The translations under genes were made by a program, and so were the position numbers. This document shows, piece after piece, positions 1 to 10,300 of a stretch of 64,000 nucleotides of DNA (positions within the stretch are counted from its first letter, which is position 1; each line of letters begins with the position of its first letter). The notes beneath the pieces were generated by a model, which saw only the letters and a list, made by a program, of their open reading frames with translations, was not told the origin of the DNA and did not search any database. This stretch comes from Candidatus Hydrogenedentota bacterium (lineage in GTDB: Bacteria > Hydrogenedentota > Hydrogenedentia > Hydrogenedentales > SLHB01), in assembly GCA_963668025.2 (NCBI GenBank), contig CAXXTH010000010.1:672001-736000 (forward strand), read 5' to 3'.

Positions 1-638
1 AACATCGCCAAGTATAGAATGGCAAAAAGGTATTTCTTCCCATTTCCGGTTTGGGCGGGTGCGATGGATTCGTGTGGAAGCTCTTTGGGAACTCGCATGA
101 AGAAACCCGCGCAGGCCACCAACACCAAGAACACAATGCCGCATCCCCGGAATACGAAATAGGGCGAAATGCTTTCCTGTTCCATCAAATGGCTGGAGAT
201 CTGGGCGACGAGTGCGGCGCCTCCCCCGAATCCCGCCACGGCAAGCCCCGTGACGAGGCCCTGTTGTTTGGGGAACCATAGGATGCCGGTCGCAATAGGC
301 ACCACATAAGCCAGGCCCACGCCGATTCCGCCGATGACGCCAATTCCTATAATCGTTAATGCATAACAACCTTCCCCAAAACCGGCCGAAATCCATCCTG
401 CCCCAAACACGATGCCGCCTGCCACGGCGCATGCACGGGGGCCTATTCGTTTCATCAGTATGCCGGAGAACATCGTCGTGAGGGGAAACACAATGTAAAA
501 CACGGTGAACGGCAGTTGGGTTTTGCTGAGGGACAATCCTTCCAAAGCCTGGAGCGGTGTTACGAAGACAGACCAGGCATACGTCGAGCCCAGGCACAAT
601 GTCATGCATATAGACGCGCACAGTACAAGATATCGCAT
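1..638 (-). CDS. MFS transporter, oxalate:formate antiporter (OFA) family; 3' end runs off the window
   Basis: Not in the ORF track. Manual translation from ATG at 638 gives MRYLVLCASICMTLCLGSTYAWSVF...GIGVGLAYVVPIATGILWFPKQQGLVTGLAVAGFGGG, which contains the OFA-family motifs. Confidence 0.85.
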   Translation of the reverse strand, partial: MRYLVLCASICMTLCLGSTYAWSVFVTPLQALEGLSLSKTQLPFTVFYIVFPLTTMFSGILMKRIGPRACAVAGGIVFGAGWISAGFGEGCYALTIIGIGVIGGIGVGLAYVVPIATGILWFPKQQGLVTGLAVAGFGGGAALVAQISSHLMEQESISPYFVFRGCGIVFLVLVACAGFFMRVPKELPHESIAPAQTGNGKKYLFAILYLAM

Positions 639-1095
639 CGTGGTGTTATCATCCTATTCAATTGCATCGTTCAATAAAAACAGCGGTGGCGGTTTGTTCC
701 GGCAAAAAAACTACCAGAAAAAGGGATGGCGATTGTAATGCGATTCGGATTCTGTGTACAGCCTTGGCTGGCGGAGCGCGGCGCTCGGTCCTATACGAAA
801 GGCCTGGCCGCTACCTAATCGCGTGCGCTCGAAAAAACTTGCCGCTCCTCATCCGGCTCGCATCATGCCATACTTGCTCGGAAAAATTCTATCCGTCCGC
901 TGACCCCAAAGCGCCAGGCAGGCTCGATGGATGTCTTTGTGCTTATAAGCCTTTTGCGCTTCTTTTTTTTACCCACACATAGCGGGAAGGCGGTTCGGGC
1001 CATGGCCTATAATCCTATGCGCTTCCCGTATCACGTAACTCTAATAATGAAAATGGGTTGGAGGTGAATTCCGCGTGTAGGCAGGCAACCTACTT

Positions 1096-1280
1096 TCAGG
1101 CAAACAGAAAAATAATCTTGGGAAACGCCACCTGGCGCACAAACGGCATGCTGCGCAAAATGGAGGTGTTGGTATTGGATATGGTCGCGGAAAACCATTG
1201 CCACGCCACCAAGCCCACCACTAAATTCGGGACATAATTGCCGCCGCTCCGCTTGAAGATCAACCGAAAACCACATAATA
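1096..1280 (-). pseudogene. Fragment of an ABC-2 polysaccharide exporter permease (Wzm/TagG-like), frameshifted and truncated
   Basis: Reads YVVFG/(frameshift)LIFKRSGGNYVPNLVVGLVAWQWFSATISNTNTSILRSMPFVRQVAFPKIIFLFA*, resembling the Wzm TM2-loop segment; no start or C-terminal half seen. Confidence 0.6.
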
Positions 1281-1472
1281 AAGGCTAATCCGTCCGATCA
1301 TTCATTCACGAAAGCAAGGCGCCACATGACCGCTCCTCTCGTCTATAGTTTTGCCATTTTTGGCGGCGTTCTTCGGGCCGTTCTTTTTCAGTTCTGCGAG
1401 GTACGCCAACGACGATCTGCATCGCGCGACACCCAGACTGCGCATAGCCCATTCGCGCAGATCTTGCCTGAA

Positions 1473-3512
1473 TCACGGGAGGACCTTTTCCTTGTCAGGG
1501 TCTCGGCCGGCGATGGCGATAAAAATATCTTCTATCTCGTTGAAGGCTTGTACGACATCGGGGTCGAATTGGGTGCCGCTCCCTGCGGAGATAAGCTTGG
1601 CCGCTTCTGCATGGGGCAAGGGGGGCTTATACGGACGCTTGGAACGGAGTGCGTCGTAGACATCGGCCAGGGCCATCAACCTGGCTGCCAGCGGGATTTC
1701 GGCGCCTTTGAGTCCTTTCGGGTAGCCTTTTCCGTCCCATCGCTCGTGGTGGGCCAAGGCAATTTCCTGGGCGTAGCGAAGGAATGAGAGCTTCTGCTTG
1801 ATTCCGGAGATCCTCTCGGCACGCACCAAAGCTTGATGCCCGGCGATGGTATGCAGGCGCATGACATCGAATTCCTCGTCCGTCAGTCGTCCAGGTTTAA
1901 GCAGAATATTATCTGGTATGCCGACTTTCCCGATATCATGGAGCGGAGCACTCTTGAACAGCATGTCGAGAGTTTCCGCGCTCAACTCTTTTTTATACTG
2001 CGGCTTTTTCGCCAGTTGCATGGCCAGTGCGCGTACGTAATATTGGGTACGGACGATGTGGCCGCCCGTTTCCGGATCGCGGGTCTCCGCCACGGTAACC
2101 AGGCCCAAGATAGCGCAATCCTGAGCCAGGGCTAGTTCGTAGGACTTCTGTCGGGCCACGTTCTCCTCGCGGCGAAACCGGACCACACCCAGTATGATGA
2201 AGGTGGCGCCCAGCGCCGCCATCGGGGTGACAGGCGACAGATACAGGCCATGCGCGTTGAGCAACCACTGTGCGCCGTACCACAGGCCCGTCAGCCCGCC
2301 TGCACCAGTCAGGGCGCACACGGTGAGCGAGTATCTGGACAACAAGACGGTCATTATAGCGCCCAACACGAGTACCAGTATGCATTGCACCCCGATACTC
2401 CAGGCCGGACTATGCAGAAAACTCCCGCGTAGGATGGCGTCGGCGGTCACGGCGTGTACTTGCACGCCGGGAAATCTCCGATCCAGCGGTGTAGCTTGGA
2501 CGTCCTGCTGCCCGGCGGCGGAGGAACCGAGGAACACCACCTTGCCTCGCAGTTGATCCAGCAGCACGTTCTTCTTCAACAGGTCCACGGCTGACACCCA
2601 CTGGAATTGCTGCCGTCCCGCCTGATTAAACGGCAACAGCATTCCGCCTTGGCGGTCGGTTGGAATCCGAATATCGCCCACCTGCACTTCCTCGATGCCG
2701 GCCGCCGATACCCTCATCGTTGCCTGGAAAACGCCTATCTTTCGCATGACCGCGGCCAACGCCAACGATGGATATATCCGATCTTGACAGGCGATCAACA
2801 GAGGCGCTCGACGGATCTTCCCGTCTGAGTCGGGCAGGGCGTTGAGGAACCCGATGGATTGCACCGAATGTGACAACTGGGATAACGGATACAGCGCGCT
2901 CGAGGCCTTTGGCAGGGGAATGGACTCCGGGGCATCGGCTGATCGTTGAATTACGATCTCCGGTATCGGCAACGAAGGAATGACCGCACGGTCTGGCTCA
3001 TCGAACATGAACCAGATGCTTGCCACGACCTCCGGGAACGCCATCGTCCGGGCCAACAGTGCATCATTGTCTAGATAATCCGTAGGAACCTGGCTGAAAT
3101 CGATGGAGACCTGCAGCGCCTGCTGGAGACTTTCCTTGAGCTGATTTAGAGAAAGCCGGTCCGGTTCCGCGAGAATGAAGTCGATACCCACCGATTTCAC
3201 ATCGGCCTCATGAAGCGTTTCCAACAGACGCGCTATCTGATACCGCGGCCAAGGCCATTGCCCCAGTTCCCGCAGACTCTTCTCGTCAACATCCACGATA
3301 ACGACCTCGGAAGGAGGAGGGATTCTGCGAAGGGAGCTTAGGAGCTCGTCATAGCCCAGGTTATCGAGCTGTATCATTGCCGACGGCCGGAACACCGTCA
3401 AGAACAGTAGAAAAAAGGACAACCCAACACCCATCACCAGTACGCTACGCTGTGTGCGCCGGGCGATCGGACGCCGTGCAGGAATGAAGACGGGTTGCGG
3501 TCTTTCTGTCAT
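1473..3512 (-). CDS. CHASE2 sensor + TM helices + HD-GYP c-di-GMP phosphodiesterase
   Basis: CHASE2 motifs VVIVDVDEKSL, GQWPWPR, DSDGKIRR, PGVQVHA; HD-GYP motifs RDPETGGH, HDIGK, HHERWDGKGYP, ADVYDAL. Confidence 0.92.
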   Translation of the reverse strand: MTERPQPVFIPARRPIARRTQRSVLVMGVGLSFFLLFLTVFRPSAMIQLDNLGYDELLSSLRRIPPPSEVVIVDVDEKSLRELGQWPWPRYQIARLLETLHEADVKSVGIDFILAEPDRLSLNQLKESLQQALQVSIDFSQVPTDYLDNDALLARTMAFPEVVASIWFMFDEPDRAVIPSLPIPEIVIQRSADAPESIPLPKASSALYPLSQLSHSVQSIGFLNALPDSDGKIRRAPLLIACQDRIYPSLALAAVMRKIGVFQATMRVSAAGIEEVQVGDIRIPTDRQGGMLLPFNQAGRQQFQWVSAVDLLKKNVLLDQLRGKVVFLGSSAAGQQDVQATPLDRRFPGVQVHAVTADAILRGSFLHSPAWSIGVQCILVLVLGAIMTVLLSRYSLTVCALTGAGGLTGLWYGAQWLLNAHGLYLSPVTPMAALGATFIILGVVRFRREENVARQKSYELALAQDCAILGLVTVAETRDPETGGHIVRTQYYVRALAMQLAKKPQYKKELSAETLDMLFKSAPLHDIGKVGIPDNILLKPGRLTDEEFDVMRLHTIAGHQALVRAERISGIKQKLSFLRYAQEIALAHHERWDGKGYPKGLKGAEIPLAARLMALADVYDALRSKRPYKPPLPHAEAAKLISAGSGTQFDPDVVQAFNEIEDIFIAIAGRDPDKEKVLP

Positions 3513-3524
3513 GTCCGGTTATGC

Positions 3525-4130
3525 TCAGCGGACGATGATTTCAACGCGGCGGTTTTTCGGCTCCGACACATTGTCGCCCGTCTTCACCAAAGGTTCGCCC
3601 TTTCCATGATAGGCGATATTCATGTACTTCACGTCTACGCCGTTCTCGACGAGATAATCCCTGATTTTGATGGCCCGTTCCATCGAGAGTTTCATGTTAT
3701 GTTCTGCATCGCCCGTCGTGTCGGCATGGCCATTGATACTGATGTCGCGCGAATCCCTTTTCTTAATCTCAGCAGGAACAAGAGCTAGGTCCTGTTCCGA
3801 TTTGGCATCCAACTCCGTGGAGTCGGCGCCGAAATACAACAGGAAGAAGGCCGGGGCCGGTGGTTCGGCCGCTAAGGCGTCGCCAAAAACTTGCTGCGTC
3901 GTGGCCTGATCCATCGGTGAGATCTTCTTCGGCGCGGATACGGCGCTATCCACGGACACGGTGTCGTTCCCTTGCGACAACGTGGCCGTTCCCGCATCGT
4001 TCTTTATGCTGATACTTCCGACATGCTCGTCCCGATCCGGAACCAGCACAAACACATTTTTGTTTCTTGCACAACCTGCAACAGCCACGAAAACACAAAT
4101 CAACACTCCCCATCTTGTGATATACTTCAT
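3525..4130 (-). CDS. OmpA-family (peptidoglycan-binding) lipoprotein
   Basis: Lipobox VAVAGC; OmpA_C motifs GHADTTG, NMKLSMERA, NRRVEI; start set at MKYITR. Confidence 0.9.
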   Translation of the reverse strand: MKYITRWGVLICVFVAVAGCARNKNVFVLVPDRDEHVGSISIKNDAGTATLSQGNDTVSVDSAVSAPKKISPMDQATTQQVFGDALAAEPPAPAFFLLYFGADSTELDAKSEQDLALVPAEIKKRDSRDISINGHADTTGDAEHNMKLSMERAIKIRDYLVENGVDVKYMNIAYHGKGEPLVKTGDNVSEPKNRRVEIIVR

Positions 4131-4168
4131 GAGTGCTCTCCCCATTGGATGTTCCTGATTTGCTTCAC

Positions 4169-4663
4169 TTATTTTCCTTCTATCTTCGCCATGAACTTCG
4201 TGCCTCGAACCGCCACCACACCCACAGGCGTTTCCACCTTCACCGCCTCCGGCGCCAGTTTCGCGATTCGCCCCGACACATAGACGAAGGTGCCTTTGAC
4301 CATCTTCAGCGCGACCGCAAAGACACCCTCATTCGGCTTAAACGCGAACTCCTTCATTCTCAACTCGCTGGAGTTGCCGAGGGAAACCGTCGTGTCATCG
4401 CGCAGGATGATGCCCAAAGAACCATCCTCACCTGTGCGCAGTACATCCTCCGAATACACGCGTGATCCCAGTTCCGCGAGAATCTCCTGGCCGTTTCGGA
4501 CGATAGTAGCTTCCCCTTTCAGTGTCTTTATGCTGCCCGCCGCCGTGTCTGTTCCCGAGGCTTGCTGCGGGTCCGCCGTGTTTTTGTCGGCATTCTCTGA
4601 ATACGCAGTGACACAAATTCCCAACATGCCCACAAGCAGACAGCACAGAAGACGCATACACAT
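4169..4663 (-). CDS. Secreted FecR-domain protein
   Basis: Signal peptide; FecR motifs DVLRTGEDG, DDTTVSLG, VETPVGVVAVRGTKF. Confidence 0.88.
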   Translation of the reverse strand: MCMRLLCCLLVGMLGICVTAYSENADKNTADPQQASGTDTAAGSIKTLKGEATIVRNGQEILAELGSRVYSEDVLRTGEDGSLGIILRDDTTVSLGNSSELRMKEFAFKPNEGVFAVALKMVKGTFVYVSGRIAKLAPEAVKVETPVGVVAVRGTKFMAKIEGK

Positions 4664-4788
4664 GGCGCACCCTTCCTTCTTCGTAGCCCAAACGGTTTCG
4701 ACGTCCTCTACAACGAAAAGACAAACACCCCTTCACGGATCGATACGTCCTGAAACTCAATACCGTGATAATAAGTAATACGATAATA

Positions 4789-4817
4789 ATGATAACATGT
4801 TAATCCGTATCTGTCAA
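4789..4817 (-). promoter_or_regulatory. sigma70-type promoter for the FecR-OmpA-CHASE2 operon
   Basis: Minus strand TTGACA-N17-TATCAT with TGn extended -10. Confidence 0.65.
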
Positions 4818-5090
4818 TGATTTACGCCCGGAGAGATCTCCAGAAAATCGGCGAGGACATTTCTATAAACTGGTAACTCTATTCAGAATGAATAGTTGCG
4901 GTTATCACTTCCCTTTTTTTGGTGGGAAATCCTGTCAGATAAATATACGCTGTACTACCATCACGACGCCCATCCAATTTATACTCACGCAAAGCCGCCA
5001 GGAATGCAAAGGTAAACGAGAATAAACAGTGTTATGCCGTTCCAATGGATTGCGGGCAGCATCATGTTAAGTGATTGATAGGCTTGTATC

Positions 5091-6887
5091 ATGAATGCTT
5101 CGCCAGGAGATAGATGGCCGCGCGTGGCCGTGGTTGCACTGCTGGGCATTTGCACGCTGGCCAGCGTGCTTCATCCCCGATTATATCCCCATTTCACGGA
5201 TGTGTACTACCACATCGCGGCCATTGAAGGCTTCCGGCAGGCGGGTGGATTGCCATTGTGGGCGTTTTGGGAGCAGGCGGAAGCGGGCAGGCCCCATATA
5301 TATCCGCCCGCATTGCATCTGGCGGGCATGCTGTCCGCCGGGCTGGGCGTTTCGCCATGGACCTTCGGCGTTTTCATGAGCTGGGCATGCTGGCCGGTTT
5401 CGCTGTGGCTGGCATGGCTGCTGGTGCGGCGCATTGGCGGCGAACGGGCCGGGTTGCTGGCGGTGGCGTTTTTAGCGGGCCCACATGCCTGGTTTTTCCA
5501 GCAGGCCGCCCACACGGCGAATGCCTGGGCGCTGCTCTGGACGATTGGGGCGCTGCTGGCGTTCTCCCATAACCGCATGCCGCTGGCGGGGGCGTGTGCG
5601 GCCTTGGCGGCGGGCAGCCATGGCATGGGATTCGCCGCTCCGGTGGCGCTCGGGCTTGCACGGCTCATCGGGCCAAAGGGTAAAACATGCGATATCTTCT
5701 GGCTCGTGGGGCTGCCCTTGGCGGCGTTTGCGCCATGGGCGTGGCATATGGCCCAGCACCAAGGCCAGGTGGCCTCGAGGGAAGGCTGGCTGCAATGGGG
5801 CATGTTCCGGCTCGATCCGGTTCTGACGGTGTTCGCGCTGGCTGGGCTGGGCGTTTCGATTGGACGCGCTATGCAATGCCGCCGCCAGGACGATAACGAA
5901 TCCGCCCAGCGCTGGCTGCTTGGCGCGGCATTTTTGGCGGGTTTTACGGTTGTTTTCCCGATGCACTACGCACACCGGTTTTGGGCGTTCAATGCCTTTC
6001 TGCCCTATGCTTTGCTGGCGGGCATAGGCGGGGCAGCCGTGCTCGAACGCATGCGGGGGGGCGTATCCCGGGAAGCTGCTACTATCGCGCTGACGCTCTC
6101 GGCGCTGCTCGTCATGCCCGTTTGGCGGCCCGCCTCACGGGGCCTTCCGGAACAGGCGGGCAATCTCCGGCGCTTAACCGCCGATGATGAACGCGCCCCC
6201 GAATGGTTGTGGGAGAAGCCCGCATTGTGGACCCTGGCCATTGGCCGTACGCGGGGCATGGAACGATGGGGATATCTGCGAGAACTCGGGAAATGGCTGC
6301 ATACAGCACGCGGCGAGTTGCGCCCCGGCTGTATCGTGTTCGCTCCGGGCGTGATAGGCAACGTGGCTACAGCGGCCACCGGGGTATGGAGCACGGGAGG
6401 CATGCTGGCCGAGGTGGAAGGGAACGGGCGGCCTACAGCCGCCATGCAATGTGATTATATCCTGGATATGCATCTCGCACGCAAGTCCGGTCCTCCGCTC
6501 CACACTATCCCATTCCCTCCAGCGCCGAAAGGTTTTGAGGTTGTTGAGGAGCATGCGGCGCGCGCAGAAAATCAAGATACGCTGGAAGCACGCCTGTATC
6601 GCTCTACGAAAATGAATGGGCCGCGCCCCGCCCCGCGTGCGGCTGTTCCAAGCTGGGTTTTCTGGCTGGGCGTTGGTGGTTTTCCATTGCTGGTTTTAGC
6701 AGAGAAATGCCGCCGCTCAACGCCCCGGGTTTGCGCGCGAACGGCGGCTGTGGTCTTGTTTGCCATTCCATGGGCCTGGCTTGCCGCGGCCGTATCGATT
6801 GAATTGCCAGACACACATCCAACCGTTCAGACCGCGCCACACCAGCCCGGAAGCCCTAAATACAATCCCACCCTTTACTCGCCGTAG
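5091..6887 (+). CDS. Polytopic membrane protein, GT-C/ArnT-like glycosyltransferase candidate
   Basis: Many TM helices; first loop TDVYYH and YPP motif as in GT-C enzymes; soluble segment near the C-terminus. Confidence 0.5.
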   Translation: MNASPGDRWPRVAVVALLGICTLASVLHPRLYPHFTDVYYHIAAIEGFRQAGGLPLWAFWEQAEAGRPHIYPPALHLAGMLSAGLGVSPWTFGVFMSWACWPVSLWLAWLLVRRIGGERAGLLAVAFLAGPHAWFFQQAAHTANAWALLWTIGALLAFSHNRMPLAGACAALAAGSHGMGFAAPVALGLARLIGPKGKTCDIFWLVGLPLAAFAPWAWHMAQHQGQVASREGWLQWGMFRLDPVLTVFALAGLGVSIGRAMQCRRQDDNESAQRWLLGAAFLAGFTVVFPMHYAHRFWAFNAFLPYALLAGIGGAAVLERMRGGVSREAATIALTLSALLVMPVWRPASRGLPEQAGNLRRLTADDERAPEWLWEKPALWTLAIGRTRGMERWGYLRELGKWLHTARGELRPGCIVFAPGVIGNVATAATGVWSTGGMLAEVEGNGRPTAAMQCDYILDMHLARKSGPPLHTIPFPPAPKGFEVVEEHAARAENQDTLEARLYRSTKMNGPRPAPRAAVPSWVFWLGVGGFPLLVLAEKCRRSTPRVCARTAAVVLFAIPWAWLAAAVSIELPDTHPTVQTAPHQPGSPKYNPTLYSP

Positions 6888-9800
6888 TCATCGAGTTCGT
6901 AGCCACCGTAGCATGATTCGTCGTCCCTGGCCACCCGGAAGCCGATATTATGTTGGTTCGCATCTGGGGGCATCGGCTCACGGCGCGCGACCCGCAGCTC
7001 CGTGGCGTCGCCATCCAGCCAGCTTCCGCCTCGAATCACCCGATTCCCGAATTGGGCCGCCTTTGTCGGCAACACATAGAAGTTATATTCGTCCTCGACC
7101 CATTCCCAGACATTTCCGCTCATGTCATAACAGAGCGCCGGGCTCACTCCGCTGTAATAACCGACAGGCGTCGTGAAGGGCCAATTGGCGAGCCCGAGCG
7201 GATTCACCAGGTTAAAGTTGGCGTCCGCCGTGGTAATGGTGTCGGCGCTGATGCCGTAGAGCCAATGCCCATCGTCTTTCCATCCCGCGCAGTACTCCCA
7301 TTCCGATTCCGTGGGCAGCCGGTAGCCATCGGCCCAGTAATCGTAGATTACCCAATTCTCCAAATCATAGTAGACATAGTACCCGTCCATCTCACTCCAC
7401 CAGTTGCAGAAGGCCAGAGCGCCGTACCAGCTTACCTCGACCACCGGATGGCGGCTTGCATACCAATTCGAGGCAAGCTCCTCATTCCGAAGCGGAATAT
7501 AGAACCAGGACATCTCCGTGTCATACTCGATATCGCACCATTCCGAGGCTTCACCGCCGCCCTCGAGCTGAATCAGGCGCCATCCGTTGTAATACACATC
7601 GCCGCCCGTATAGACGCCCCCAATGGCATCAGTTAGAAGGCCCTCGCCAAGGGCATAATTCAACGCATGGGCATACTGGCAATTCGTTGCCTCATATGGG
7701 CTTATCGCCATCGTGCCGAAATAGGTCCAGAACGCGGGCAGCTCATTCTCCTGGGCAACCCCAAATTCACTTTCGGCGCTGGACGCACCTTGCCGGAATT
7801 CAGTCTCCCCATCCACGCACTGCGTTTGTATTTGAGGTTGGGTGATGGTGATTTCCGCATAAACGGAATCGGGCGGGTTGTTGTAATGCGCTTCATCCCA
7901 AACCGTCAGCTCAATCCGGTAGGTTCCAGGCTGATCGGGTACGAATGTGGGCATCGAAGTTTCATTGTCATTGAGAACCGACCGGCTCCCTTCGGGCTTT
8001 TCTAGTAGATACCATGAATACTCCACGGCGTCGCCTTCCGGATCTTCCGCTGAGCCTACCAGGCGGATCTCCTGCCACTGGCAGAACGAGGCATATTGGC
8101 CCGCGTCCGGAGTGGGGGGCTGGTTCTCGCGGATGGTCATGACGCTATGCGTCGCCAATGGGCTATAGTTGATGCCATCAAACACCATCAATGTGGCGAT
8201 ATATTCGCCCTGCACATCGGCGGTGAATGAGGATTCCATGGTGTCCGCAGGCGACATCACCGCTGCACTGCCTTCCGGCTTTGCGCTAAGCTCCCATGTG
8301 TACAAAAGGGCGTCGCCATCCGGATCTGAAGAGTTCACTCCAGAAAGCGAAACCACTTGCGGGCCCTCGGTGATGTCTACCGAATCAGGCCCTGTGATGA
8401 CCGCCGTAGGGGCTCGGTTGCCCGGCTCCACCGTGACCGCATGCGTGTCTGGTGCGCTATCCAGTTGCCCGTCGTTCACGATAAGCTGGAATTCATATAC
8501 TCCGGGCGCATCAGGTACGAATGTGAACGAATCCGCCGTGGGAGCGCCTATTGACGCGCTGCTGCCTTCGGGCCGGCTCAAGAGCATCCAAGCATAGCTC
8601 AATGCGTCGCCATCGGGATCAGAGGAACTCAATCCATTTAAACTGAACTTGCCGCCCGTGGGATAGCCCATCGTTGCGGTGGTGGGGCCTTCAATCACGG
8701 CTACGGGCTTCCGGTTTTCGCGGCTCGCCGTGACGGTATGCGTCGCCAACGGGCTATAGTTGATGCCGTCAAACACCCTCAACGTGGCGGTGTATTCACC
8801 GGGCAAATCGGCGGTGAACGAGGACTCCAGGGCGTCTGTTGGAGCTAGAGCCGCAGCGCTTCCTGTTGGTTTCGTGTTGAGCTCCCATGCATATGAAAGG
8901 GCGTCACCTTCCGGATCCGAGGAATTTGCACCCGAGAGTGCAACTACTTGAGGGCCTTCGGTGACATTCACCTCAGTGGGGCCGGTAATGGCAGCCGTGG
9001 GCGCTTGGTTTCCTGCATCCACGGTAACCACATGCGTGGCCTGTTCGCTGTTCAGTTGTCCATCATTCACAATGAGCTGGAACTCGTATTCACCGGGCGC
9101 ATCCGCCTGAAAACTGAACGAATCCACTGCTGGGCTGTTAATCGCCGCCATGCTGTTTTCCGGCTTGCGCAACAGTATCCAAGCATAGCTTAAGGTGTCG
9201 CCATCGGGATCAGACGAATTCACTCCGCTCAAATTGAACTTGCCGCTCGATGGATAACCCAGTGATACCGTTGAAGGGCCATCAATCACGGCCACGGGCT
9301 GATGATTGGTTGGTATCGAAGCCGTGACTGTATGCTGTGCGGGATTGCTTTCCACGCCGAGATTATCCGTTACCACCAGTTCGACGATATATGCGCCAGG
9401 CACATCTGGCGTGAAGGAGGCAGTCACGTTCGTGGCGCTATCCAAAGCGGTTTCGCTGCCTGCGGGCTTCGAGACGAAGCTCCATGCATAGGAAGCAATC
9501 GCGCCATCGGGATCGTAAGAGTTTTCGCCACTCAGCGAGACGCCTCCATTCTTGGCCTTTATGGTATATGTGCCAGGCCCCGTGATGACCGCGACGGGCC
9601 GCACGTTGGTGATGCTAAGCGTGAACGTGGTGGCGGAGTCGGATAAGGATTCATCCCGCACCACCAAACGGACTACATAATCACCTACTTTATCCGCGAC
9701 AAAGGTGGGCGCTACAGTATTGGCATTGGAGAGGGCCGCGGCGCTGCCTGCCGGCCGGCTAACGAAAGACCATTCATACGTGATTACATCACCATCCGGA

Positions 9801-10300
9801 TCGCTCGAATCGCTGCCATCCAGCGCCACCAGGCCCGTGCTAATCGTCACCGGATTGACTTTAGCCACTGCTTCAGGCGGGTTATTATCCCCTGGGGCTT
9901 CCACGACGATGGCCTGGCATGTGATGTCGGAATCCCCATTCGACAGTGTCACCGTCAGGCAAACGGTATATGTTCCCACCACCGCATACGCATGCACCGC
10001 ATCTTGGCCTTGGCTCCATGCGCCATCGCCAAAATCCCATCGATAACTTACGATATAGACTTCTTCATAGGTATCATATTCATCTGGGTCGCGAAATTTA
10101 TCGTCCGCCAGGACAAGCGGGGGCAAGACCTGCGCATTCCCTTCAAATTCAATGGCTTGTCCTGGCGTAGCCGTGTGGGTGCTGGCCGTGAAGCCCGCAA
10201 TAAGCGATTTGCCCCCTAGAGGGCATCCGATGCACAGAATGGGCAGCATCCCTACTATCGCCCATGCGGCATATTTGTTGATTCTCGTGTTCGAAGCCAT
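6875..10300 (-). CDS. Surface lipoprotein: PKD domain, tandem PKD/Ig-like repeats, C-terminal FGE-sulfatase (SUMF1) domain
   Basis: GCP lipobox-like signal; WDFGDG; repeated SSDPDGD..Y.W units; RLPTESEWEY, DMSGNVWEW, RVIRGGSW, GFRVAR; GGAGG RBS before ATG 10300. Confidence 0.88.
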   Translation of the reverse strand: MASNTRINKYAAWAIVGMLPILCIGCPLGGKSLIAGFTASTHTATPGQAIEFEGNAQVLPPLVLADDKFRDPDEYDTYEEVYIVSYRWDFGDGAWSQGQDAVHAYAVVGTYTVCLTVTLSNGDSDITCQAIVVEAPGDNNPPEAVAKVNPVTISTGLVALDGSDSSDPDGDVITYEWSFVSRPAGSAAALSNANTVAPTFVADKVGDYVVRLVVRDESLSDSATTFTLSITNVRPVAVITGPGTYTIKAKNGGVSLSGENSYDPDGAIASYAWSFVSKPAGSETALDSATNVTASFTPDVPGAYIVELVVTDNLGVESNPAQHTVTASIPTNHQPVAVIDGPSTVSLGYPSSGKFNLSGVNSSDPDGDTLSYAWILLRKPENSMAAINSPAVDSFSFQADAPGEYEFQLIVNDGQLNSEQATHVVTVDAGNQAPTAAITGPTEVNVTEGPQVVALSGANSSDPEGDALSYAWELNTKPTGSAAALAPTDALESSFTADLPGEYTATLRVFDGINYSPLATHTVTASRENRKPVAVIEGPTTATMGYPTGGKFSLNGLSSSDPDGDALSYAWMLLSRPEGSSASIGAPTADSFTFVPDAPGVYEFQLIVNDGQLDSAPDTHAVTVEPGNRAPTAVITGPDSVDITEGPQVVSLSGVNSSDPDGDALLYTWELSAKPEGSAAVMSPADTMESSFTADVQGEYIATLMVFDGINYSPLATHSVMTIRENQPPTPDAGQYASFCQWQEIRLVGSAEDPEGDAVEYSWYLLEKPEGSRSVLNDNETSMPTFVPDQPGTYRIELTVWDEAHYNNPPDSVYAEITITQPQIQTQCVDGETEFRQGASSAESEFGVAQENELPAFWTYFGTMAISPYEATNCQYAHALNYALGEGLLTDAIGGVYTGGDVYYNGWRLIQLEGGGEASEWCDIEYDTEMSWFYIPLRNEELASNWYASRHPVVEVSWYGALAFCNWWSEMDGYYVYYDLENWVIYDYWADGYRLPTESEWEYCAGWKDDGHWLYGISADTITTADANFNLVNPLGLANWPFTTPVGYYSGVSPALCYDMSGNVWEWVEDEYNFYVLPTKAAQFGNRVIRGGSWLDGDATELRVARREPMPPDANQHNIGFRVARDDESCYGGYELDDYGE
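8120..9305 (-). repeat. Internal tandem duplication of a two-domain unit, period about 591 bp
   Basis: NHQPVAVIDGP...GPQVVALSG...DGINYSPLATH is repeated as NRKPVAVIEGP...GPQVVSLSG...DGINYSPLATH; shadow ORF starts at 8169 and 8760 are offset by 591. Confidence 0.8.

Noticed and set aside
4767-4803. Fur box (GATAAT repeats) upstream of the FecR gene
   Set aside because: Only one half matches, no palindrome; partly explained by the -10 element
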